Part shown: piece by piece, positions 51,793 through 59,448 of the stretch
Numbering within the stretch: position 1 is the stretch's first letter
Layout of the letters: each line of letters opens with the position of its first letter
DNA from: a virus
IMG/VR virus record: IMGVR_UViG_3300025401_000028
Span: 3,979 to 67,978 of that record
Reading direction: 5' to 3' (one strand)
Length of the DNA stretch: 64,000 bases
Translations under genes and position numbers: made by a program
The notes under the pieces: model-generated
Database searches by the model: none
What the model was told of the DNA's origin: nothing
Seen by the model: only the letters and a program-made list of their open reading frames with translations

Positions 51793-51793
51793 G

Positions 51794-51934
51794 TTATTTC
51801 TTCTTTGGTGGTTTTGATGTGCCACCAGTTCTTCTCCACTTACCGTCTGTAGCTTTTGTAAATGTTGAAGTAAATCCATTTTTGCCATTATAAACACGTG
51901 TAGTTTTTTTAGGTTGTCCAGGTTTGCGTGCCAT
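51794..51934 (-). CDS. Small basic protein (46 aa)
   Basis: MARKPGQPKKTTR...KPPKKK; starts immediately after the gp59 stop. Confidence 0.6.
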   Translation of the reverse strand: MARKPGQPKKTTRVYNGKNGFTSTFTKATDGKWRRTGGTSKPPKKK

Positions 51935-51935
51935 A

Positions 51936-52517
51936 TCAGTTCTCGTAATAATCAAGAACTGTTTTAGACATCTTTGCTTTATCATAGTTAATAAATGGCT
52001 TGTATTTCTTTATCTTATTCGAAAGCTGTTCCCACAATGGATCGTACTCCATATTTTTATCCCAATAACTTAAACAATTGACAAGATCAGAAAGAACAAT
52101 AAGAGTTTCGAGGCATATAGTATTACTAAGATACAACTTAATAATATGAGGATGCGAGCCAGTGGTGGCAATAAAGTTACTATTAAAATCAGTAAGAAGA
52201 TGACCCAAATCATTTTTTACAACATAAGTTAAAGACTGAATACGTTTAGACCATTCCTGATAAACTTTATTTGCTTCTTCGCTATAAGCAATATCTCTAA
52301 TCCATGCTTTTTCGTTTTTGATTAGATTGGCAATAAGAAAGTTTTTAGGATCTGGATGTTTAGCTATTTTTTGGAAAAATAATTTATCTGAACGAGTATC
52401 AAACTTATCATATGATAGTTTGCTTTTACCATTGTATTTAAAATAATCATATGATGGTTTAGTGAAATGATTTTTTAGTGCAAGATATTCTTTATAGCAG
52501 TCAAATGCTGACATCAT
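51936..52517 (-). CDS. gp59: Helicase loader
   Basis: Y..YLALK.HF....YDYFKYNGK, F..R.DK.FF.K and ICLETL motifs; upstream of gp32. Confidence 0.93.
   Translation of the reverse strand: MMSAFDCYKEYLALKNHFTKPSYDYFKYNGKSKLSYDKFDTRSDKLFFQKIAKHPDPKNFLIANLIKNEKAWIRDIAYSEEANKVYQEWSKRIQSLTYVVKNDLGHLLTDFNSNFIATTGSHPHIIKLYLSNTICLETLIVLSDLVNCLSYWDKNMEYDPLWEQLSNKIKKYKPFINYDKAKMSKTVLDYYEN
52427..52517. repeat. 91-bp direct repeat, copy 1 (5' end of gene 59)
   Basis: Identical to 53219-53309. Confidence 0.95.
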
Positions 52518-53205
52518 TGTTGTTTCCGATACTGAGTTTTAAATTTCCAGAAACAGAAATTCTTTCTTCATCTGAAGTAAAGAAAGGATGAACTAAATGG
52601 TTTAATTTAGAAGGGAATAAACATATAATACCTTCAAATGATTTATCGATAGGTAAGTTTTCACTTCTTATTCTACCTAAAATATCCGTAAAAACAAAAT
52701 TAAATGTAGAGGTAGAATTATCTTTTTTCTTTATATTAGGAAATACTCCAAACTCATCTTGAAGGTCATAAGGAATTTTTACCCAAATAACAAAAGATAA
52801 CACGCCACTATGATCGTGAATGGGATTAAACTCATATTTGTTTTGAAAATTAACCCATATATTACTTAATACTAAAGGAAGATCACCAGTGAGAATATCC
52901 GTTAAATCTGTAATATCATTTGCTTGCAAATAATTTTTTGCCAGCATCATAATGTAATTATTAATTGATGGAATTACTGGTTCTAAACTATATTCTTTTT
53001 TTATATGACCTGCTAATTTGCCGTTGAACTTTTCAACATTTTTGTCATCTTCTTTAATTTTATTAATTTGATTAATAATAATATCCATCAATTTTTGAGG
53101 AACTTTATCATACATAACTGTTGGATTTCCAAAAGAAAACATATAGCTAGCTTCTGGATTTTTATGAAGATCTTTAATAAAATCGTACCTTTTTGGATCT
53201 TGCAC
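52501..53205 (-). CDS. 2OG-Fe(II) oxygenase superfamily protein
   Basis: WVNFQ..EFNP.HDH...LSFVIWV and LFPS.L.H.V.PF...ERISVSGN (HxH, H and RxS ligands); GGAG RBS. Confidence 0.88.
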   Translation of the reverse strand: MQDPKRYDFIKDLHKNPEASYMFSFGNPTVMYDKVPQKLMDIIINQINKIKEDDKNVEKFNGKLAGHIKKEYSLEPVIPSINNYIMMLAKNYLQANDITDLTDILTGDLPLVLSNIWVNFQNKYEFNPIHDHSGVLSFVIWVKIPYDLQDEFGVFPNIKKKDNSTSTFNFVFTDILGRIRSENLPIDKSFEGIICLFPSKLNHLVHPFFTSDEERISVSGNLKLSIGNNNDVSI

Positions 53206-53309
53206 GTTATTATACTCCTACCATTGTATTTAAAATAATCATATGATGGTTTAGTGAAATGATTTTTTAGTGCAAGATATTCTTTATAGCAGTCAAATGC
53301 TGACATCAT
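53088..53309 (-). pseudogene. Truncated duplicate of the gene 59 5' end (30 identical codons, then runs out of frame into the oxygenase)
   Basis: MMSAFDCYKEYLALKNHFTKPSYDYFKYNG is identical to the gp59 N-terminus. Confidence 0.8.
53219..53309. repeat. 91-bp direct repeat, copy 2
   Basis: Identical to 52427-52517. Confidence 0.95.
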
Positions 53310-53536
53310 CTTACATACACGTCTAGTGTCTCAAGGAAAAATTTCTTCAACTTCTTATCAAACGATTCTTTGTTTAGAGTCATATAATCAGTGTAAAGAT
53401 CGGCAATACTCGAATTATTACCAGTATTACTTAATACTTGATAATTACGACTCTCAATTTCTTTGATCAATTCATCATCATCGAAGTCTTCAAGATCTGG
53501 ATCATCCACCCAAACATCTGTATTTACATATGGCAT
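53306..53536 (-). CDS. Hypothetical acidic protein
   Basis: GAGGAG RBS before MPYVNTDVW; DLEDFDDDELIKEIESR. Confidence 0.7.
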   Translation of the reverse strand: MPYVNTDVWVDDPDLEDFDDDELIKEIESRNYQVLSNTGNNSSIADLYTDYMTLNKESFDKKLKKFFLETLDVYVR

Positions 53537-53546
53537 ATCAGACTCC

Positions 53547-53771
53547 TCAAAATGGTAGCTTCGCGCCACCCTTTAAATAATTTAAATTCTCTGCATCAGC
53601 TTGTAGCTTAGATTTAATTACAGGATCTTTTTTAATGATGTTAGCAATAACTTCAATATCGAGATTATTTTTTTCACACCATGTCGTAATAGCATCAATA
53701 TAATCTACATCGTTATTATGTATCTTTTCAATTTCAGAATTAAACGTATTAGAATCAAAAACGAATTTCAT
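53547..53771 (-). CDS. gp33: Late transcription co-activator
   Basis: F..EIEK.....DYIDAI..WCE.N.LDIE....I...IK.KL..DAE.LNYL....KLPF; synteny upstream of gene 59. Confidence 0.88.
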   Translation of the reverse strand: MKFVFDSNTFNSEIEKIHNNDVDYIDAITTWCEKNNLDIEVIANIIKKDPVIKSKLQADAENLNYLKGGAKLPF

Positions 53772-53794
53772 AATATATCCTATGTTTGAGGAAA

Positions 53795-53826
53795 TGGTGG
53801 ACCGAGCAGGACTCGAACCTGCAACC
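53795..53826 (-). pseudogene. Isolated tRNA 3' half (T-arm, acceptor strand and CCA)
   Basis: GGTTGCAGGTTCGAGTCCTGCTCGGTCCACCA, with no D or anticodon arm of its own. Confidence 0.7.
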
Positions 53827-53838
53827 AATCCGTGTATT

Positions 53839-53913
53839 TGGTGGACCGAGTAGGATTCGAACCTACGATCGCACTGTTATGAGCAGTGAGCCTTACCGCT
53901 TGGCTATCAGTCC
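53839..53913 (-). tRNA. tRNA with CAT anticodon (probably Ile2/lysidine; elongator Met not excluded)
   Basis: GGACTGA/TCGGTCC acceptor stem, CACTG-CTCATAA-CAGTG anticodon arm, GTAGG-TTCGAAT-CCTAC T arm, encoded CCA. Confidence 0.9.
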
Positions 53914-53919
53914 GAAAAT

Positions 53920-53995
53920 TGGCGATCACCAAGGGACTCGAACCCCTAACCTAGAGAGTAGAAATCTCTTGCTCTTCCAGTTGAGCTAGGTGACC
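53920..53995 (-). tRNA. tRNA-Arg(TCT)
   Basis: GGTCACC/GGTGATC acceptor stem, AGAGA-TTTCTAC-TCTCT anticodon arm, T loop TTCGAGT, encoded CCA. Confidence 0.92.
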
Positions 53996-54008
53996 AATTT
54001 GAATTGAA

Positions 54009-54316
54009 GTGAGCCCGTTCTGTTTCGAGGTGGAACCCATACCCAAGAGATTAAGCCGCTAGGCGCATCTCAAGAAGTGAATTATCGTTTGCAGATAATT
54101 TATTTATGCTATTGTCTCGATCTTGTCTTTATTACACCAGTCGATCCTATTTCGCCCCCATCAAAGATACACCGTCCTTACGACGCCCCAAATTAATTGG
54201 CTCTAGCAGTTAAGAACGACTCAGCGGTCTTATCCAGTGTATCCGTGGTGGAGGCGGTGGGTACTGCCCCCACGTCCTCAGTGTCTATTCCACATGATGT
54301 CATCAACATCAGCATA
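54009..54316 (-). ncRNA. ssrA: Circularly permuted two-piece tmRNA (alphaproteobacterial type), tag ANDNSLLEMRLAA
   Basis: The acceptor piece ends GGGGGCAGTACCCACCGCCTCCACCA (CCA at 54246). An 86-nt intervening segment follows. The coding piece starts GGGGGCGAAATAGGATCGAC (54159) with a G3:U70 pair. Tag ORF at 54092-54051. Outer ends approximate. Confidence 0.93.
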
Positions 54317-54319
54317 TTC

Positions 54320-54350
54320 TATTTATACCGTATATTAGATCATTAGTCAA
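54320..54350 (-). promoter_or_regulatory. Composite promoter for the tmRNA/tRNA cluster (TTGACT-17-TATAAA overlapping late TATAAATA)
   Basis: -35 at 54345-54350; TATAAATA at 54320-54327. Confidence 0.75.
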
Positions 54351-54574
54351 GTCTTTTCTTTCCAGTTATGACCAATGTAATATTCCATCATGATCTCTAT
54401 ACCTTTAATCCAATGATCAGTATCATTTAGATCTTCGAGTTCATATTGGGCTAGTGGTTCTTTGTTTAGTTTTTCAGTAAGCTGTTGTTTTTGTTGCAAC
54501 AATCCACGATAATCCTGAAGTAAGGTTTGCTGAAAAATTTTATCAATCGTTTCAACATCAATATCAATTAGCAT
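54347..54574 (-). CDS. Hypothetical protein
   Basis: ORF overlap-coupled with its neighbours. Confidence 0.7.
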   Translation of the reverse strand: MLIDIDVETIDKIFQQTLLQDYRGLLQQKQQLTEKLNKEPLAQYELEDLNDTDHWIKGIEIMMEYYIGHNWKEKT

Positions 54575-55046
54575 TTTTAAACTCCAGTTTATCTTTGTTA
54601 ACTATGAATTCTACAATATTGTAATCGTCAAACTGATCGCCACCATATCGAAAATAATCTCTGCCACCATCAACGAAAGCACCATTACCAGCATCGCGAT
54701 AATCATGACGATAACGAGAATAGGTAACAGTACCTTCAGTCTCTAAACCTTTGAACGCTACGCCATCAACAGCCGATAAACCATTAGCGATCATAAACTG
54801 ATTGGTGTCATCAATATAAAGAGCGAAATAGTTTGAACCTTCTGGATGTGCAGTTTCCGTATAGAAGATAGCTGCTGGAAAGTTAGCCCAACCACCATTA
54901 CGATCCTTAGCACAAGTTTCTAGTACATAGGTAGCCTTGTAATGTTTTTCGATATTTTTGATTTTTTCCTCAGTAAGAAAAGAACATTTAGTATCGACAG
55001 TCAAACTATTTCTATCAGTAACTAACTTACGCTTGTTCATCATCAT
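54564..55046 (-). CDS. Hypothetical phage protein
   Basis: YSRYRHDY...FVDGGRDY motif seen in phage hypotheticals; coupled ORF. Confidence 0.7.
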   Translation of the reverse strand: MMMNKRKLVTDRNSLTVDTKCSFLTEEKIKNIEKHYKATYVLETCAKDRNGGWANFPAAIFYTETAHPEGSNYFALYIDDTNQFMIANGLSAVDGVAFKGLETEGTVTYSRYRHDYRDAGNGAFVDGGRDYFRYGGDQFDDYNIVEFIVNKDKLEFKNAN

Positions 55047-55401
55047 TCTCCAATTCTTTTACCAACTCAATAGCCAAATTTTTCCACCAGTTGCGTTGGA
55101 TCTCAATCTTTTCGTAACTGAGCTCCAATTGCTCATTTGCTATCATTGTAGTAAAGATTTCAAATTTTTGCAACCGATCATTTTCTTTTTCAATATTTTC
55201 AGCGTATAAACCAGCAAATTTGTTTCGAGTTTCGAGCACAAGTATTTCACGTTCTTTATCAGCTATCGTCTGCTTCATCTCCATAATCCCACCTGGACCT
55301 GTTTCCAGTTGACTGATACGTCTATTAGCAAGATGCAGTCTTCTCTCATTAATAGGAAGATATTCTAACCAAGAATCGATTGTTTCTTTTTCAGTTTGCA
55401 T
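55027..55401 (-). CDS. Hypothetical coiled-coil protein
   Basis: Overlap-coupled ORF; AAGGTG RBS. Confidence 0.65.
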   Translation of the reverse strand: MQTEKETIDSWLEYLPINERRLHLANRRISQLETGPGGIMEMKQTIADKEREILVLETRNKFAGLYAENIEKENDRLQKFEIFTTMIANEQLELSYEKIEIQRNWWKNLAIELVKELENDDEQA

Positions 55402-55618
55402 CTTTCACCTTTGTAAATGTTTCAATACGACGATCGATATATTCATCTAAATGCATCTTAAATTTTTCTTTGGCTAGTGGTAAAATATTAGCACGGATAT
55501 TATCCGCCTGTCTCCACTCACCTTCATCATTATGGTGCCACTCATCATCTAGAGTGTCGATAAGTTTCTCTAGGGAGTTAACGAGATCTTCGATAATGTC
55601 TGAGCTTTTCCTAGTCAT
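55391..55618 (-). CDS. Hypothetical protein
   Basis: ATGA-coupled ORF. Confidence 0.65.
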   Translation of the reverse strand: MTRKSSDIIEDLVNSLEKLIDTLDDEWHHNDEGEWRQADNIRANILPLAKEKFKMHLDEYIDRRIETFTKVKDAN

Positions 55619-56730
55619 TTAATCACCTTTAGAATAATAGTGTTTTCATTTATACGACCATTAGCTTCACCAGTCATCTCTTCAATCATCTTACGTAGAA
55701 CGATTTTACCACCAGTCAACACAGCCTGTAATTTCTCAGATGTTTTACGACCAATCTTTATGGATTTAGAATTATCGCTATTATAAGACACCAAACTAGT
55801 ACCACGGACGTTAATACCATTCCTACCATCAGCAACAAAAACGCTGAGAAGATTGTATTTGGTGTTAAAAGTCCAGACTGTTTGGGCTCCGAGGATTGAT
55901 TCTGGATTGATGGAGGTAAGTTTGTGTTCATTGCTTTCTTTCTGATATTTGAAATTCTTCAAGATCTTTTCTACAGAAGGTGCTTTGGTCTTACGTGGAG
56001 CTCGTGCTTTCTTAGTGTTGCCATTATAACGATGAGCATCCTCTAGCATCTTACCAAGGAGCTCTATACGGCTCTTAAGACCTTTCTTACCGTAGTGCTT
56101 ATAACCTTCTAGAAGCTGCTCGTCTTTACCTTCAAAAGCATGAACCAACTCCATCAGAACAGGAGTATAATATTCTAGGATCTTAGCAGCGTACATAGCA
56201 GGAATCTCTTTTTTCTTTAACCAATCATATAAAGAAAACTCTTCATCCTTATCCAGCATCTCTTCGATATCACCGATAATATCATATCCTTTTTCTTTGA
56301 TACGGTCTTGAATCGATGGCTTCTCGGCGACAGCCGATTTTTTCTCTACCTCCACATGAGTAAATGATTCTGTCAAAAACTCGTTTATCTGAGAGTCCCA
56401 GCCGAAGGACTGAGCGGCTAGAGGAGCGATAGAGGACATCCTAGAAAGCCAGCAAGCGGTGAGCGGTAGCCATGTATCCGAAACCTTCTTGAGCCTCTGC
56501 AAGTCCTCTAAACGATTGTGTGCAGCAAGGTAAGAAGCCATATACTCGCGAGCCTCCTCCTTGCTGCACATGGCATTGTACCAGTTGATCGATCGGATCG
56601 TGGACTTTCCGATCTGCGTAGCCATAGGTTCATCACCAAGATACTTCACATTCACAAGGTACTGTTCGCTACGAGTTTTACGAACAGGCTTTGGTTTGCT
56701 ACGCTTAATCAACTTTGGTCGCTGTGCCAT
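55615..56730 (-). CDS. Conserved T4-like hypothetical protein
   Basis: DEQL.EGY, SINP..I.GA..VW.FNTKY and NGRINENTIILKV motifs typical of environmental T4-like phages. Confidence 0.8.
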   Translation of the reverse strand: MAQRPKLIKRSKPKPVRKTRSEQYLVNVKYLGDEPMATQIGKSTIRSINWYNAMCSKEEAREYMASYLAAHNRLEDLQRLKKVSDTWLPLTACWLSRMSSIAPLAAQSFGWDSQINEFLTESFTHVEVEKKSAVAEKPSIQDRIKEKGYDIIGDIEEMLDKDEEFSLYDWLKKKEIPAMYAAKILEYYTPVLMELVHAFEGKDEQLLEGYKHYGKKGLKSRIELLGKMLEDAHRYNGNTKKARAPRKTKAPSVEKILKNFKYQKESNEHKLTSINPESILGAQTVWTFNTKYNLLSVFVADGRNGINVRGTSLVSYNSDNSKSIKIGRKTSEKLQAVLTGGKIVLRKMIEEMTGEANGRINENTIILKVIK

Positions 56731-56733
56731 TCT

Positions 56734-57294
56734 TTACCCTTTCCAGGTATCCATAAAAAGTAGTATAGCTTTATCATCGATATGTTTAGAAAGATTCTTT
56801 AAATCTTCTAAATTCTCGATCTTATCAATAGCCTCGTATATACGGAGCATAGCCCCATCATTACCAGCCGAAGCTTCTCGCCATGCGAAACGATAGCCAA
56901 ACTGTTTAGTCATCTCGGCATGAATAGCATCTTCTAGAGTGCCTTCACTACCAATCTCAGTAAACAGATAACGTACACAAACATCCTCACGACCGTAATT
57001 GTTATGCCTCATGTAATTACAACAATTATGTTTACCGATTTTGATTCCATAAACACGATCAAAGATATTAGTGCTCTTACCAATATAACCTATATTAGCG
57101 TCTATTAGATTATTAGTCAAGTTATTTTTATGTATAATTTGATAGACACCATGAGCACCATATTGTTCTACCAGATCAGTGTACCGTTTATTGGCACGAC
57201 CCACAGCATCAACTAGTGGTTGCCAATCAGTTTTTGTTTTAATTAATTTCGTAAAATCAAGTGGCTTGATCATTTCATTCATCGCAAGCAGCAT
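56734..57294 (-). CDS. GIY-YIG-like nuclease domain protein
   Basis: GVYQI...YIGKS.NI..R...H and a downstream LE. The start is probably slightly downstream (57282 or 57273). Confidence 0.55.
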   Translation of the reverse strand: MLLAMNEMIKPLDFTKLIKTKTDWQPLVDAVGRANKRYTDLVEQYGAHGVYQIIHKNNLTNNLIDANIGYIGKSTNIFDRVYGIKIGKHNCCNYMRHNNYGREDVCVRYLFTEIGSEGTLEDAIHAEMTKQFGYRFAWREASAGNDGAMLRIYEAIDKIENLEDLKNLSKHIDDKAILLFMDTWKG

Positions 57295-57442
57295 CCTTTA
57301 ATGTATCTAATTCTTTTGATAGTTCGCGGATCTTAGTTTGTATGGATAAATCACCAAGCTGTAGAGATAATTCCCATAGCTCTTCTAGGACTTCTTCCAT
57401 ATACAGTATCATTTCAATACGAGGAACTTGTTGTAAAATCAT
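57275..57442 (-). CDS. Hypothetical 55-aa protein (not in ORF track)
   Basis: MILQQVPRIEMILYMEE...DAACDE*; TAATG coupling. Confidence 0.6.
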   Translation of the reverse strand: MILQQVPRIEMILYMEEVLEELWELSLQLGDLSIQTKIRELSKELDTLKDAACDE

Positions 57443-57723
57443 TAAAAACCATCCAATGCATTAAGAGCCATAATTTTAATGTCAATGCTTTTGCTTAACC
57501 AACTATCGTCACCCGAAGCACGCTCGTTAATTTCATTCAACGCATTACGATACCGCATTGCTCGTTCAGTATCTTTGGCGTTGTCTATGGCTAATGATGC
57601 CATACGGTCACAGTCTTTGCGCAATCGTTCAATCTCGTCGGCGGCTTCTTCTGAAATGTCAGCGGCATCATTTGGATAATATATGAAATCCAATTTCCGC
57701 AACCGTTCAACAATATCCATCAC
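57442..57723 (-). CDS. Hypothetical protein
   Basis: DIVERLR...EAADEIERLR motif common in alphaproteobacterial phage small ORFs; GAGGAG RBS. Confidence 0.7.
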   Translation of the reverse strand: MMDIVERLRKLDFIYYPNDAADISEEAADEIERLRKDCDRMASLAIDNAKDTERAMRYRNALNEINERASGDDSWLSKSIDIKIMALNALDGF

Positions 57724-57730
57724 TCACTCC

Positions 57731-57838
57731 TCAAAAACAGAAAACGATCTTGGCTATCAAAATTACGCATATGACACCCAAGCCCAAGCCAATAACTGCA
57801 CCAAACATAATTTTAAATGGACTCATAAAATCATCCAT
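57731..57838 (-). CDS. Small membrane peptide (not in ORF track)
   Basis: MDDFMSPFKIMFGAVIGLGLGVICVILIAKIVFCF*; TGATG coupling. Confidence 0.5.
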   Translation of the reverse strand: MDDFMSPFKIMFGAVIGLGLGVICVILIAKIVFCF

Positions 57839-57966
57839 CACCACTGCACCACCCCATCTACAACGATATGCTCACGCCACCGAGAACCATCCATGTTTTC
57901 CCATAGTGCCCAGACATCATTGTCTCTATAATAATACCTGATGAGCATTCTCATATTAGTATCCAT
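57838..57966 (-). CDS. Hypothetical 42-aa protein (not in ORF track)
   Basis: MDTNMRMLIRYYYRDNDVWALWENMDGSRWRE..*; TGATG coupling at both ends. Confidence 0.5.
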   Translation of the reverse strand: MDTNMRMLIRYYYRDNDVWALWENMDGSRWREHIVVDGVVQW

Positions 57967-58211
57967 CACGCAGTCTTTCGCCATGCAAGAATATCTCTGC
58001 CCATTAAAGGCATAGTGCCGATATAGAAGTTCTCGTCGATCCGACCATCAGTGTACATGACATCAATATACTCAACTTCGCGAGGGATCGGTTCGTCGGC
58101 GCTCCACAGACGCTGTTGTTCTGGTACGTGCACCTTTGCGACTACGCTCTCGAGCCACTTGTATTTGGTCTCGAGATCGCTCAGACGCTTCTCAATTCCC
58201 GTGTTCATCAT
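57966..58211 (-). CDS. Hypothetical protein
   Basis: ATGA coupling with the DUF932 gene. Confidence 0.65.
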   Translation of the reverse strand: MMNTGIEKRLSDLETKYKWLESVVAKVHVPEQQRLWSADEPIPREVEYIDVMYTDGRIDENFYIGTMPLMGRDILAWRKTA

Positions 58212-59170
58212 GCAGCCTCCGCCATTTCAATAGCAGTTTCCAATGCCTTCGTCTTTAGACTCTTATGGAAACCATACCATGCAGAGGAAAGCCGATTATC
58301 AGCATTACGACCCATGAGATGATCCGTTACATAAGTGACCGAGTTAAATGCTTGCCACCACGTTCCAGGAGCGTACTCAGTTCCAGGCTGTGCATAAAGA
58401 GCCTCCATTGCAAGACCTGCATTTTTAGACACAGTCTTTTTCTTGTTCTCATTTGAACCCGTTACAGGGAATACACGGCAGAAGTAGTCAACAATGTTTT
58501 CATCATTGTAACGCTTCGAACCGAGGAACTGTGCCATTTCCTTATAGGTTGCCAGCTTGTCCTTCGCAACACCCAACATCTCCTTGACGTTATCACCATT
58601 GAAGACCTTACGGTGAGAGATCTTCGCCATACGATCTACCTTGGAACTAAGAGCCAATGTCAACGTGTTATTGCACACGGTACGAATCGGAGTGAACCGA
58701 ACGTCTGTGGAATAACCATACTTATGGAAGTTCGAGAACAGCAAGTAGGCATCAACCTTGTCGCCCTTGAAGAGCTCGAATGATTCCTTCACCTTGGCCA
58801 ATCCCCAGACGATCTTACCGTCCTGCAGCGAACCAGCGGTATGCATTTCCATATCACCAGCTGCTACGAAGTCGTTAAAGAACTCGAATGCTTCCTGATT
58901 CTGTACAGGGTTCCAATCATCGGACACGACATCCAAGATCGCATTATCGCGAGAACGCACCAATGCACTCTGGCCAATAGCGACCTGTTCACCAGCTACT
59001 GTGGCGAATGCTGGGATCTTATCGACCGTCCAATCAAGTCCTGCAGTTTCCAACATCTGGGCTGGAGTCAAATCATTAGGAACTCGAGTACCGAGACCAT
59101 GCCAAGGAACATCCCCTGCATAAGCCATCTGTGCGACACCATTAAGCATTTCAATATTGTGAGCCATCAT
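58208..59170 (-). CDS. DUF932-family phage/plasmid protein
   Basis: MAY.G.VPWHGLG, AGLDW.V, VQN.EAF.FF, TAGSL..G..VW and TPIRTVCNNTL motifs. Confidence 0.9.
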   Translation of the reverse strand: MMAHNIEMLNGVAQMAYAGDVPWHGLGTRVPNDLTPAQMLETAGLDWTVDKIPAFATVAGEQVAIGQSALVRSRDNAILDVVSDDWNPVQNQEAFEFFNDFVAAGDMEMHTAGSLQDGKIVWGLAKVKESFELFKGDKVDAYLLFSNFHKYGYSTDVRFTPIRTVCNNTLTLALSSKVDRMAKISHRKVFNGDNVKEMLGVAKDKLATYKEMAQFLGSKRYNDENIVDYFCRVFPVTGSNENKKKTVSKNAGLAMEALYAQPGTEYAPGTWWQAFNSVTYVTDHLMGRNADNRLSSAWYGFHKSLKTKALETAIEMAEAA

Positions 59171-59187
59171 TTTCTCCTGTTTGGCAA

Positions 59188-59230
59188 ATCATCATATTAT
59201 TATATTACGTCTGTTTTGACATTAAGTCAA
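59188..59230 (-). promoter_or_regulatory. Early sigma70 promoter TTGACT-17-TAATAT
   Basis: Followed by the conserved ATAATATGATG. Confidence 0.7.
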
Positions 59231-59448
59231 ATTGTTTTTTTATGTACAACTGGCAATGTACGAGCACGCTCAATGCACGAATCACGTGAAAATACCTTAC
59301 CATTTTCACCACCCTGATCGCACTGTGAAACGATCTCCTTCAACATGGAAGCCATTTCCTTAATTGCCACCATAGCTGCAATGCTAACAATATCATCCCG
59401 ATCGTCCAATGCTTCCAACAAATCATCGATATTTACCTGATTAAACAT
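59227..59448 (-). CDS. Hypothetical protein
   Basis: TAATG coupling; GGAGG RBS. Confidence 0.65.
   Translation of the reverse strand: MFNQVNIDDLLEALDDRDDIVSIAAMVAIKEMASMLKEIVSQCDQGGENGKVFSRDSCIERARTLPVVHKKTI

Noticed and set aside
52427-53309. IS or transposon explanation for the oxygenase insertion
   Set aside because: No transposase or terminal inverted repeats, and 91 bp is far longer than a typical target-site duplication.
53786-53989. 67-aa plus-strand ORF
   Set aside because: It is the antisense reading of the tRNA genes.
53920-53995. Possible amber suppressor (CTA) reading of the tRNA anticodon loop
   Set aside because: The perfect 5-bp stem AGAGA/TCTCT centres TCT at positions 34-36. 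The core genes also translate intact in the standard code, so there is no sign of recoding.
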